Assembly: GCA_964019425.1 (NCBI GenBank)
Contig: OZ025790.1
Coordinates: forward strand, 124,001 to 188,000
DNA from: Flectonema sp. DT1601
Lineage: Eukaryota
Direction of reading: 5' to 3'
DNA length: 64,000 nucleotides
Below the pieces are notes generated by a model that worked only from the letters and a program-made list of their open reading frames with translations, had not been told where the DNA came from and did no database searches. Position 1 is the first letter of the stretch, and each line of letters starts with the position of its first letter. Below, in pieces: positions 47,669 through 57,786 of this stretch. A program made the translations under genes and the position numbers.

Positions 47669-50600
47669 TCAAAAATTTTGGGGTGCAATTGTAGACTCTC
47701 TCGAGTCGACACTATAAATGGTACTCCCACTTATATGTTGGCTCCGACCGCTGACAAAGGCATTCTCAGAGTCTTTAGAATGTACAGGAAATTCTGAGGC
47801 AATTGGATTGCCAGACCCCCTCGTCGGATTCAATTCGTAGTCAGATCTCGCTGATGCAGGACTAGCAGCTTCCTCGACAGTTTTGTCTTTTTTACGATTA
47901 CTTTTCCATCTTTGATACATTTTTTTCACTCCTTTAAAAACCACAATTCCTAACAGAATCGCGAAACAGACCAAACTAATAACAAAACAAACAAATCCCA
48001 ACTCAGAACACCAAAACGACGTGTCAACTGGCAACGATGACAATAACTTTCCTTGCACCGACGGATTGACTACCGTATCTGATAGAGACTTCTTTAATAT
48101 GGAAAATAGTAACAAGAAAATACAACCAGCAGCAGCAAAGACACACCCAGCGATATCTAAATACCCCAACACGGGAATTATGTACGGAGATTTTAGAGCG
48201 ACGAAAACACATCTTCCAGAGAGGATCAGAGTGCATAAAAGCATCGATAAACGACCTAACGTGTTGTTACCGCCCATAGAATCGCTCAACGACGCGAATA
48301 TCGGAAGCAATACTATTGTAGAAATATCAACCACAGCCATCAATAAAACAACATCTCCTTTATACAGTTGGAAGACCGCACCGTATCGAGAGACTCCATA
48401 AGTTTCTGGTGGAGGATGCCACACACCTCTTTCCTTCATAATTGATTTTTTTTCATCCACGACATTCCCTTCAATGTCTATTTTGTTACCAGAATTCCTA
48501 CTGTAGTATGCAATAAACGGTAAGTTTTTAATAACATAAATTGTTATGAAAATTAAAGCTCCCACGAGTAAAGTAAATACCACAGCACATCCAATCACGT
48601 GAGAAGTACCCGCACTGTTGTCATCATACATCGTATTCTGAGCGTTGTATATGTCGTTAGGATTGTAATAAGGACCTTCAGCTTTATGAATAAGAACTTG
48701 AAATGCATTATAAGTACAAATAGGCGTTGCTAAAATTAAAACAGAAATCGATAACGATGGGAACATAGATAGAGATTGAGCTTTGTTTGATAGTCTCTCA
48801 GGGATAGTTTTATCTTCAGATTGCATTATGTCGTCATCTTTAACAATTCTTTGTTTTATTCCAATTTGAATAATGTAATGAATCAAAGCGAACACGACAA
48901 CTACGATTGATAAAAATAAACATGAATTCACACTATTATTATCAGTCGATCCAACAAAGTAGAACGGAGACCACAACAATCGAGTATCATAACGTGTTTG
49001 AATTTGCGGTTGTGGACCAAATGCTGATGCTAACAACGGAATGATTGACAACCCAACAGCACAACCATACCAAGAATAGAACACTGCACTACTAACGGAT
49101 AGGATGACTACAATCCAGGACACTATTTGTCCTATTAAAGACCAAATAGTAGCGCTCTCAGGAGCACTTTGTGGATCAGCAGGAATCTTACCAGAAATGC
49201 TAATGGAAAACGAATTTCCAAGTTGTCGTAGTTCAGGTGATTGCTTTGATGTTGTCGCCAGTCTAAGATCATCCAGTAATGTTAGTAAAGTTCCATTAGA
49301 AGGTGTCGCATCTAAAAGTGAAATTGTATCATCTGTGGTAAGAGCTACTCCTGTTGATAATGTAACGACGACCATTGAAGGTGATGTTTGTTGACTTGAT
49401 AAGATAGTTCTCCATTTCTGAGATAGTTCTCCCGATGAAGACGGTTGAACTAAACGAAGAACAGCATCAGCACCAGAAAGAGGATCCCAAGTGTCTCCGT
49501 AGATCTCATATAATATTTTAAGACCATTCTTCTCAAACTGTTCTCCAGTCACATTCACTGACGTAGACTGAGTCTGTACTGATCTCGACGCAACCACCTG
49601 AATTAATACCTCTGGTGCTGCAGTTGCTATGAATGAATAAAGTTGTTCTCCTGAACCTGATGGAACTTTGAGAATAAATGACGTGTCTTTATTAATATTC
49701 ATATTTTCATCAGCTCCTTTTATATTAATTGTAAGTAGTTTCTTATCAGTTGATATCACAGTGTCGATGAGAACGTTGTCGCCAAACTCTGACACCAGAG
49801 TGGCTTCTAAGGATTTTGGTTCCCATAAACGAGTTCCTGCGCTGATAGAGAGCTCGAGCTGGAGTTGACCAGATCTAATTTGATTTTCAGGTAGCTTTAG
49901 ACCTTCTTCTTTAAAAGTACTTCCATCAACAGAAGTGCTGTACAAAGTTTGTGACACATCACCAGTCATGTCAATAACATCAAATTGATGACTGAACGCT
50001 GTTAAGTCACTCCCTTCCATTCCATTCACATACGCAGTCACATTAGCTTCAACGAGATACTTACCAGGACCGCCTGATAATAGGCTTCCGTATGCCGCAG
50101 TTGATTCTCTGCTTAGTTGTAATTGTAAAACATCTTTTGGAGTTCCAATAACGTTACCGGAGGGATCAAGTTTGTATAAATGAAAAGTCCAGGTTGCATC
50201 AACAACAGCAGGACTTCCTTCATGATCAAGAAGCTGAAATGACGCTGGAATTATATTATTACCACCAACAGATGGTTGTTGAATAACGACCAGTCTGGTT
50301 GGGATCGCGTCACCGATTGGAGGTAGAATTTCTCCAGGAACGACATCGAGAAAAAACTTTTCACTAACTGAGTCTACTCCTCCACTTTGAACACCTCCAT
50401 CGTCCTTTAATGTGATTGTTAGCTCTACCGCTGGTTCAAGAATTGCTCCTGGAGAAAGCTCAAATTCCAACGTACAAGATAACCCATCAACATAAGGCCA
50501 TTTATTAAAAACAGCACTGATATTCCTGGTCTCTGATGTGATGCTGAATGTTAATATTTGATGTACTTCATTTGTCGGTCCAGCAGTTTGGTTTGAACAC

Positions 50601-53305
50601 CAAGAGCTAATCCGATGAAGGCAGTTTATTGATTGAAAACGATTGCACTCATTAACTGTGACATCTCTTCCTTTTATAAAGCTCGGTTGATCATTAACTG
50701 GAGCTACACCTATCAGAAATTGAAACGGAGGAAGAGTAGATAAAACCTCGTCAGTCTGCAAGGAACGATCTTGAACAACAACATCACATAACGATGCTCC
50801 GTACTGATCTGCTTTTGGAGTGAAAAAAAGAGTTCCATGAGATGAAATGTGCGGCAATCCCTGATCTGAATCCACGAACATAGTTTTTGGAACACAAGTA
50901 GTATTATAAAAAACGTACTGCGTCAACGACTCCATACTCCCTGGAGATGAGTCTGTTATCCAATTTGACTGTTGATATCCGTTCAAGAACGAGTCTTCAT
51001 TTACATTAACATGGTTCCCTTTAATAATATTTGGTATATCGTTAGTTCCTGTTATCATTATTATTATTTCTGGACCGTCTGAACGGTTGTCTCCGTCGCC
51101 ATCGGTACCTCCATCATCCTCAATATAAAAATTAACCGTAGCAATACCATTCCTATCAGGAGCAGGAGTAAAACGTAATTCAGCTATTGTTTCTGTAGCA
51201 TCAAGAATCAGTTGCGGTTGTCCTGTAGTTGTGAATAGTTTGCTGTTTATAACATTCGTGTGAATCGTTAATTTTTGTTCTCTTTCATCAACTGGTCCAG
51301 GGGATATGTTGTGAATAAATCTCTGATCGACGTATTCACCTGAATCTTCTTCAACAAAGACAATTGTTGTTTCAGCATCGAATAGAGGAGGGTCATTCAC
51401 TGGTCGTATTCTAACTGTGAATCTTAAATCAGGTCCCTTATTGATACCTGGAGTCACACCACCGTCGTCTTGTCCGCTGACTAGAACTTCTGTTTCACCA
51501 TTTTGATCTTTTGCAGCATCAATAAACAAGAATCCAGTATCATTTAAATACGGATTTCCATCAAACAGTGTAGGGTTTCTCGGAATTAGTGTAAACGTGA
51601 TTACTTGACCTTCTCCTGGATAAGTTTCGTTACCAACAGTCCAGGTACCACTTCCTTCATTAGCAATACAGTTGTTACCGAGATCATCCCAACCTGAGCA
51701 GAATAGGTCTGGATTAGCCCAAGATTCTGTGTAGTTTACCTGGTCTTCCCATATTTCAACATCTGGAGGAGGTTTCGGAGTGTAATACGGAGCATCGTTT
51801 ACCGGAAGGATGATAAAACGAACAATTGGATCTGGTGTTTGTGAATAAGTTGGAAGGAGAGGAGGTTTTGGAAAATCCATCAAACGGACCTCTGCGTAGA
51901 CTTCGATGCCGACGGTGTGAACATTTCTACGGGTTTCGAATTTCATAATCCCATCAAGACCCATACTAGGCTGCTGTAAGAAGAGAGCTCTATGTGCTGG
52001 GTTAACAAGCTCGACCTCAAAGTGAGATAGTAGTTGACCGTTTGCCTGCTCATCGTCTGGTCCAACTCTGATATCGGAAGCCCATCTTCGAGAATACGGA
52101 CCTGAGTCTTCAAGAGATCGGATCTCAGCTTCACCTGGTTTGAAAGTCGGGGGATCATTTACTTCTTTTATTATTATTAAAATATTTTCATCAGGATCTC
52201 TCTTATAACAACCCGCTGCTGCATTTGTTGTCGTGCAGGGTACTGGCATACCAATTGTGTCAGCTGTTGTTCCTCCAGTATCCTCGAGGTGAATTGATAT
52301 ATTAACCTCTCCTACGATATTTAATGCTGGCATGTAGCAAAGCTCAGCAGTGCCTGCACCCTCAACGTATCTGATGTGAGGTTCGGTTTGGAAAGCAGAA
52401 TTATCACTGTTAGTGATTGACCAGACGAGTACTTGATCATGCCAAGGAATGTTTTGACTTGGAGCAAGTTCTCCAGGGCCTTCATTTACTCCTCCGTATG
52501 CAACACGTCTTATGACTGGTTGGCAGAATAGAGTATCTTCGAATGATGTGATAAGACCACCAACTCCTTGAGCAACTCCCGCAGGAAAGTCTCTTCTTGT
52601 GATTGGATCGTTTTGTTCATCAACATCAATACCAGAGAAGTGAAATATCGGACAATCATTTACTGGAAGTACCGTTACCTGAAACTCTAATGGATCTGAT
52701 TCACAACATGCTTCAGGAAGGCAAACATTATTTAAGTCACCTCCGTTATCACATGGACCATTATCAATGAGAGTCACTCTGATGTCTGCTTGACCAAATT
52801 GATGTTCACCAATCTGAAAATGCATATCACCAGTGTTGCAAGCACCACCACAAGAAGGGTTACAACAAGTACCTCCTTGACTAGGATTAATATCAATGCA
52901 AGGTTCGGTGGCAAACATGCCAGGGTAGCTTCCTTGTGCGTTGCTTACTTCAACGCGAAATCGAAGAGTTTGGGTTCCAACTCCGAAAGTGTCAATTTCA
53001 TGATCCTGCACACCAACTGCCCACCCCTGAAGATAAATACAATTACTGCTATCTAAGTCCTCACGAATGACAACGTCGTTGTTGTTACACATGCCTACAT
53101 TTCCTCTTTGAAATCTTGGATTGTGATTCAGCATACCCGCCCAAACACCAGGTCCAGCAGCATTATTAAAAGGAAAGTAATTGGCCGGAGGTGTATTACC
53201 ACCGAATAATGGTGACGTGTACCAATGTCCTTGTGGTTTCACGTCTCTATTTGAGTCTGGAGGTTTACCAGAGATGGCTGCTAGAACCAACAGGACAGCC
53301 AACAT
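47669..53305 (-). CDS. 1878-aa cell-surface protein: signal peptide, about 7 Ig/cadherin-like (VNDxP) repeats, C-terminal multi-pass membrane domain
   Basis: MLAVLLVLAAISG signal. Linkers PVNDCP, EVNDPP, PVNDAP, PVNDPP, GTNDIP, PVNDQP and recurring DDGG motifs. About 8-9 hydrophobic segments, with YGAVFQLYK and LKSPY motifs. Confidence 0.88.
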   Translation of the reverse strand: MLAVLLVLAAISGKPPDSNRDVKPQGHWYTSPLFGGNTPPANYFPFNNAAGPGVWAGMLNHNPRFQRGNVGMCNNNDVVIREDLDSSNCIYLQGWAVGVQDHEIDTFGVGTQTLRFRVEVSNAQGSYPGMFATEPCIDINPSQGGTCCNPSCGGACNTGDMHFQIGEHQFGQADIRVTLIDNGPCDNGGDLNNVCLPEACCESDPLEFQVTVLPVNDCPIFHFSGIDVDEQNDPITRRDFPAGVAQGVGGLITSFEDTLFCQPVIRRVAYGGVNEGPGELAPSQNIPWHDQVLVWSITNSDNSAFQTEPHIRYVEGAGTAELCYMPALNIVGEVNISIHLEDTGGTTADTIGMPVPCTTTNAAAGCYKRDPDENILIIIKEVNDPPTFKPGEAEIRSLEDSGPYSRRWASDIRVGPDDEQANGQLLSHFEVELVNPAHRALFLQQPSMGLDGIMKFETRRNVHTVGIEVYAEVRLMDFPKPPLLPTYSQTPDPIVRFIILPVNDAPYYTPKPPPDVEIWEDQVNYTESWANPDLFCSGWDDLGNNCIANEGSGTWTVGNETYPGEGQVITFTLIPRNPTLFDGNPYLNDTGFLFIDAAKDQNGETEVLVSGQDDGGVTPGINKGPDLRFTVRIRPVNDPPLFDAETTIVFVEEDSGEYVDQRFIHNISPGPVDEREQKLTIHTNVINSKLFTTTGQPQLILDATETIAELRFTPAPDRNGIATVNFYIEDDGGTDGDGDNRSDGPEIIIMITGTNDIPNIIKGNHVNVNEDSFLNGYQQSNWITDSSPGSMESLTQYVFYNTTCVPKTMFVDSDQGLPHISSHGTLFFTPKADQYGASLCDVVVQDRSLQTDEVLSTLPPFQFLIGVAPVNDQPSFIKGRDVTVNECNRFQSINCLHRISSWCSNQTAGPTNEVHQILTFSITSETRNISAVFNKWPYVDGLSCTLEFELSPGAILEPAVELTITLKDDGGVQSGGVDSVSEKFFLDVVPGEILPPIGDAIPTRLVVIQQPSVGGNNIIPASFQLLDHEGSPAVVDATWTFHLYKLDPSGNVIGTPKDVLQLQLSRESTAAYGSLLSGGPGKYLVEANVTAYVNGMEGSDLTAFSHQFDVIDMTGDVSQTLYSTSVDGSTFKEEGLKLPENQIRSGQLQLELSISAGTRLWEPKSLEATLVSEFGDNVLIDTVISTDKKLLTINIKGADENMNINKDTSFILKVPSGSGEQLYSFIATAAPEVLIQVVASRSVQTQSTSVNVTGEQFEKNGLKILYEIYGDTWDPLSGADAVLRLVQPSSSGELSQKWRTILSSQQTSPSMVVVTLSTGVALTTDDTISLLDATPSNGTLLTLLDDLRLATTSKQSPELRQLGNSFSISISGKIPADPQSAPESATIWSLIGQIVSWIVVILSVSSAVFYSWYGCAVGLSIIPLLASAFGPQPQIQTRYDTRLLWSPFYFVGSTDNNSVNSCLFLSIVVVVFALIHYIIQIGIKQRIVKDDDIMQSEDKTIPERLSNKAQSLSMFPSLSISVLILATPICTYNAFQVLIHKAEGPYYNPNDIYNAQNTMYDDNSAGTSHVIGCAVVFTLLVGALIFITIYVIKNLPFIAYYSRNSGNKIDIEGNVVDEKKSIMKERGVWHPPPETYGVSRYGAVFQLYKGDVVLLMAVVDISTIVLLPIFASLSDSMGGNNTLGRLSMLLCTLILSGRCVFVALKSPYIIPVLGYLDIAGCVFAAAGCIFLLLFSILKKSLSDTVVNPSVQGKLLSSLPVDTSFWCSELGFVCFVISLVCFAILLGIVVFKGVKKMYQRWKSNRKKDKTVEEAASPASARSDYELNPTRGSGNPIASEFPVHSKDSENAFVSGRSQHISGSTIYSVDSRESTIAPQNF

Positions 53306-53677
53306 GTTTTGAACTGAATGGCTTCTGAATGAAGGGAGGGGGATAACAATAATTTAACATCATTGGTGAACTATTTTTGTGATGGATATTTCCCTTCCTT
53401 ATCTCTATTCTCTCGTTATCAGTATTAGTGTGAGAAAAAAGAAAGAAAAAAACTAAAAAAATATTAAATCTGTTATGGAAACACCAGTTACTTCAGGCAT
53501 CTGTGACGTCAGTCAAATTATTACTGCTAGCCTGTAATAAAAAGGATTTGTTATTTTAAAAAGAAATTAAAAAGAAATTTTCAATTTCTTTTAACTTAAA
53601 TACGTCAGCATTTAACGATATATAATAGACAACAGGAACAAGGGGGAGGAATGGGGTTGTTGGTCTTGTGTTGTTTT

Positions 53678-53714
<37 letters not shown>

Positions 53715-54130
53715 CCTCCCATGCATCCTGCACGAGTTTTATTATTTTGCTATTTTTTTAAAAAATAAAAATAAAAAAAAGAAGGGTAAATTTGATAATA
53801 ATTGGGAGGGCATTGTAAATGGTTTGTTTCTTTTTTCTCTTTTGAATACCCAGTAATATTTGACAAAACTGGGTATCTGGGGTTGGAGTAAAGAGGGGTA
53901 TTCGGAGGGGTAGTAAGGAAGTGTAGATCAAGCACAGTGCAGCGATACAGGTAACTAAAACTTGCATCAGGCTGCGACCGTATAATTCGTGGTTTTTTTT
54001 TTTTTTTTTTTTTTTTTTGTTCCTGGCAGTACCCACAAAAAAATAGGATATGGCCTAACAACCATGTTTATTTTTTTTTGCATTTTTTTTTTTTTGTATT
54101 GCTCGCAAAAAAAAAAAAAAAAGGAATGAA

Positions 54131-54901
54131 CATAGATGGAAGTGCCCTCCAAATTTGGAGGGCGCCTGGTGAAAATCAGCCACAAAAATTTGTAGGGCCA
54201 AAATAGGGCCATTGTAGGGCCAAAATAGGGCCAAAATAGGGCGCTGGAGGGCGCGTAGGGCGCTTTTTTAATTAAATTTAATATAATGCCGAGCTCATTT
54301 TGACACACCCCTGCCCTCAGCGAGGGTCGAATCGCATCTTATTTGACTTTTCTCCGGTTCGCCTGATCAAATGCGTCTCTGGGATATCAGTTTACTTGCC
54401 ACCAGTAAACTTCTTTTTTTTTCTCACAAGGTACCGTGAAGACCGGCCTATTAACAGGTTAGCAAGAACGCACTCTCCCTCCTCGAATCCCTCTATATTC
54501 GACTCGGTGCATTCTGCGGGCTAATCAGCTCCTTGTAGATCTGGGATGCATCGTCCACTGAACTGAGTTTCAGCTTCAGGGATTGCAGCAGGCTCCGGAA
54601 GCTCTCAAGGAGTAGCCCATTGTTTTTGCCATTGTTGACCTCCGAACCATGACCTGGAGGTCTCGGGTTCGAACCCCGTGACACCCTTTTTTCTCTTTTT
54701 CGAAAGACTGCCAAGCATGTCAAAAATTTTTTTTTGCTTCTGCGTCAAAATACTTGTGCGTCAGTGTAAGTCGACGTCAATTTAGCTGTCTTATAGTAAT
54801 AAAAAAGGAAAAAAAAAGCGCCCTCCAAAATAATATTTATATTAAAAGCGCCCTACAAGCGCCCTACACGCCCTCCAAATTGTAGGGCACTTCCATCTAT
54901 G
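54131..54901. mobile_element. 771-bp non-autonomous TIR DNA transposon with CATAG...CTATG ends and 6-bp TSD
   Basis: TIRs at 54131-54164 and 54869-54901, with the outer 18 bp perfect (CATAGATGGAAGTGCCCT). AATGAA flanks both sides (54125-54130, 54902-54907). Subterminal TAGGGC / GCCCTA repeats near both ends. Confidence 0.88.
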
Positions 54902-55180
54902 AATGAATTAAAATAAAAATAACAATTGATGAACACAGACTGAGTCGTCGTCTTTATTTTTTTTTTTTTAACACGGTTCCTGCTGCTTTAACAATAGGGT
55001 CAAAAAAAAAAATATGCGACAAATAGAAAAAGATAATGCGTCCTTCTCCTAAACTTCTAATACTTTAATATAAATAGTGTAAATGACATCCAGTTGTACG
55101 CCCCTAGAAGTTACTTTCCCCATACTACCATTATATATGCAAGGCTACATGTTTAGACTTAACGACAGGGGTTCAGCTTG

Positions 55181-55223
<43 letters not shown>

Positions 55224-55486
55224 TCTTTTAAATGCATAAGAAAAAAAAAGAGCTCATATTTTTTTATGGGAAGCCACTACATGAAATAAAGTTATTTGTT
55301 TTTTTAAAAGAAAGAAAAAAAGAAGGGGAAAAAATGGTGCGTCTCCCTCCTTGCATTACTTTTCGCAAATTAACAACGCCAACGAAAAACAAAACGGCGA
55401 TTTGTGGAAAATGCAATTGCACACCTGAATAAAAACTGCTTGAAAAAAAAACTAAAAAATAAAAAATATTTAAATTAAAAAAAAAA

Positions 55487-55530
55487 ACGGCTCTTAATCT
55501 GAATAGTTTCTTCTCCGACCTGTGTCGGTG
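55487..55530 (+). repeat. 3' half of the dispersed inverted-repeat/hairpin element
   Basis: ACGGCTCTTAATCTGAATAGTTTCTTCTCCGACCTGTGTCGGTG. Confidence 0.8.
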
Positions 55531-56188
55531 AAATAATAAAATCGATTAGTTAATACCGAGAGAGAACGGAGGGCAAAAAAAAAAAAAACAACTTTCTCAC
55601 TTTTATAACCTCAAATTTAAAGAGGTAAAGCTCTTCTCCACATTTTTTTGTTATACAATAAGCGAGTGAAGGGAGTGAATTTAAGAAAAAAAATTTAAAA
55701 AAAAAAAAAAAAAAAAGGGGGAGAGGAAAAAGAGACAGCTGTGATCTCGCTAATTTCTTTTCCCGAAAAAAGAAAACATCCAAGATGGTTCTCAAGACAA
55801 CATATCTTTTTTTTTTTTTTTAAAACTTCAGGGAAGTTTTAATTTTTTTTTTTTTTTTTTTCTCTTTTTATGTATCGCTAATTCTTGATAAAGAAATAAT
55901 CGATTATATTTTTTTTTCTTTTTTTTTTTCTGGGCAGTAGGTAGGTATGTTTAGGAAAACTGATATAAGTTAAGAGGAGGGAGAATATTAACAGCTCAAT
56001 AAAAGAACATCATTCGCTTACTTTTTTTAAAAGAGAGAGAAAAAAGAGAGAAAAAAAAACAGCTATGTCACATTGAAAACAATAAATAAGGAGCAGCGAA
56101 TCCAATTTTTTTTTTTTTTTTTTTTAAATTTTAATTTTAATTTTTTTGAATTTAGCTCACCCTCGTGGCGACTGATGAAGATACGAAT

Positions 56189-56293
56189 AAAACCATTCAG
56201 ATACAGCCTTATATATTTTGTTGATTGCAGACAGTATTACTTAATAAACGGGGCTCTTAATCTGAATAGTTTCTTCTCCGACTTCGTCGGCGC
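56189..56293 (+). repeat. Most complete copy of the dispersed inverted-repeat/hairpin element
   Basis: AAAACCATTCAGATACAGCC...GGCTCTTAATCTGAATAGTTT-CTTCT-CCGACTTCGTCGG-CGC followed by poly-A. Confidence 0.85.
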
Positions 56294-56642
56294 AAAAAAA
56301 AAAGAAAGTTTAAGGAGGTTGGGCAATTAGCTCTCATGGTTTTTTTTTAAATTTTTTTTTGTTTTTTGTTTTTTTTCGAATATAAGGAAGGGGGGTTAAT
56401 ATGATGAATGTAAGAAAAAGAAAGAAAAAAAAAAAGAAAAAAATTTTAGTTTTAGGGTACAATTAATAATGTAGTAAACCGTCAACCATTATAGTGATGA
56501 ACGTGAATTTGAAAAAAAAAAGGCAAATGTGAGCAATGTTGCAGACAAAGAAAAGAATTTCCCACGCAACACGCAATAACAGAAAATTGGATGAAGGGAA
56601 AAAAGAGAGAGAAACATGAGATGATCATCATGAGAGAAAAGG

Positions 56643-57527
56643 TTACATGTCATTCACTAACGTTGGATTTTGTAAATTACGCTGATCAAGTAATAAATTA
56701 AACGTTGCAGTTGGAGATTGAACTAACGGTGAAGACATCGATTGATGAGACGCAGCAAGTTCTGACTCACCATGAGCGAATGCACACCAACCATGACGAC
56801 CAAAGAACGGACAATCCTCTTGAAGATGAGATTGCATAAAATACTTACACAGTTTTGTTTTGAGCTTAGCCTTATCGATTTGTGAATCAAATGCTTTATC
56901 ATGACCATCCTCATCAGTTTCAATGATTGGAGAATCTAACAAACCTGAACCCATATCATCCAACACAACAGGACTCGATATTGGAGACATCAACACTGAA
57001 CCTTCATTTGACATAATTGGTGAACAGGGCCATTCAGTTGTTGGATTCTTCTGTCCCATAAGTTGGTAATTTTGCCGTCTTAGTTGTTGATTTTCAGCTC
57101 TGAGTCTCTCTACTTCAGTTAACGTAGTCATATGTGACCCGAACTCATCGTTGAACTGTTTCTTTAGATTTTCTAATGATGTCACCCAGGTATCATGAAA
57201 AGCTTTGTACATATCGGTAACCAAACTCTCTTTTGAATTTCCATTAAGACTCGACAGCAGTGATGGATAGTTGTCTGATGCGCTGCAAGAAACTAGTGGA
57301 GGTAGGATCTCACCATTAATTCTGTTTTCAGTAATCCTACTGTAATAAGGCATGCTGCTTGGTGTTCCTCCATTGTGGCTGATCTCATCACTCGAATCTC
57401 CTTCTCCTTGATGTTCCAACAGCTCAGTTATAAATTCAGGTTCTAACTCAGGAATAGGCGATCGTCCAGTACTACTAACTCTGTCTGAGTTGCTGCAAAC
57501 AACATCATCTAGCCACTTGTATTCCAT
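56643..57527 (-). CDS. CCCH-type zinc-finger protein with coiled coil (294 aa)
   Basis: Lead-in KLKTKLC followed by C-x11-C-x8-C-x3-H (…CPFFGRHGWCAFAHGESEL), resembling a TIS11-like finger with insertions. Coiled coil EVERLRAENQQLRRQN. Confidence 0.85.
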   Translation of the reverse strand: MEYKWLDDVVCSNSDRVSSTGRSPIPELEPEFITELLEHQGEGDSSDEISHNGGTPSSMPYYSRITENRINGEILPPLVSCSASDNYPSLLSSLNGNSKESLVTDMYKAFHDTWVTSLENLKKQFNDEFGSHMTTLTEVERLRAENQQLRRQNYQLMGQKNPTTEWPCSPIMSNEGSVLMSPISSPVVLDDMGSGLLDSPIIETDEDGHDKAFDSQIDKAKLKTKLCKYFMQSHLQEDCPFFGRHGWCAFAHGESELAASHQSMSSPLVQSPTATFNLLLDQRNLQNPTLVNDM

Positions 57528-57786
57528 TTTGTGTAGAAGACGGCGGGTGGAGAAGACAAACTTCCTATTTTTTTATTGAAATTAAAATAAAATAACTAAT
57601 TACCAACCGTACTATAAAAAACTATAAATCTTTTTTGTTGTTGTTACCTTAGAACTCTTTTTCTTCTTCTTCTTCTTCTTTTTTTTTTTTTTTTTTTGAT
57701 AGGGAGTTACTTTATGTACTGTCAGTGAGTACGAAGTAGTCTCGTATTTTTTGTTTTACTAATTCGCATTGAGATGGTCGGGTGTC

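Noticed and set aside
43352..53305. Lanthipeptide biosynthetic cluster around the LanC-like gene
   Set aside because: No LanB/LanM dehydratase, transporter or Cys/Ser/Thr-rich precursor is present, and the motifs are of the eukaryotic LanCL type.
54640..54690. Intact tRNA gene
   Set aside because: Only the T-arm side is present; there is no D-arm or acceptor-stem partner. No complete tRNA, rRNA or spliced-leader RNA gene was recognised in the window.
56160..56190. Hammerhead or HDV-like ribozyme (CCTCGTGG, CTGATGA)
   Set aside because: The required stems and the GAAA core could not be formed.
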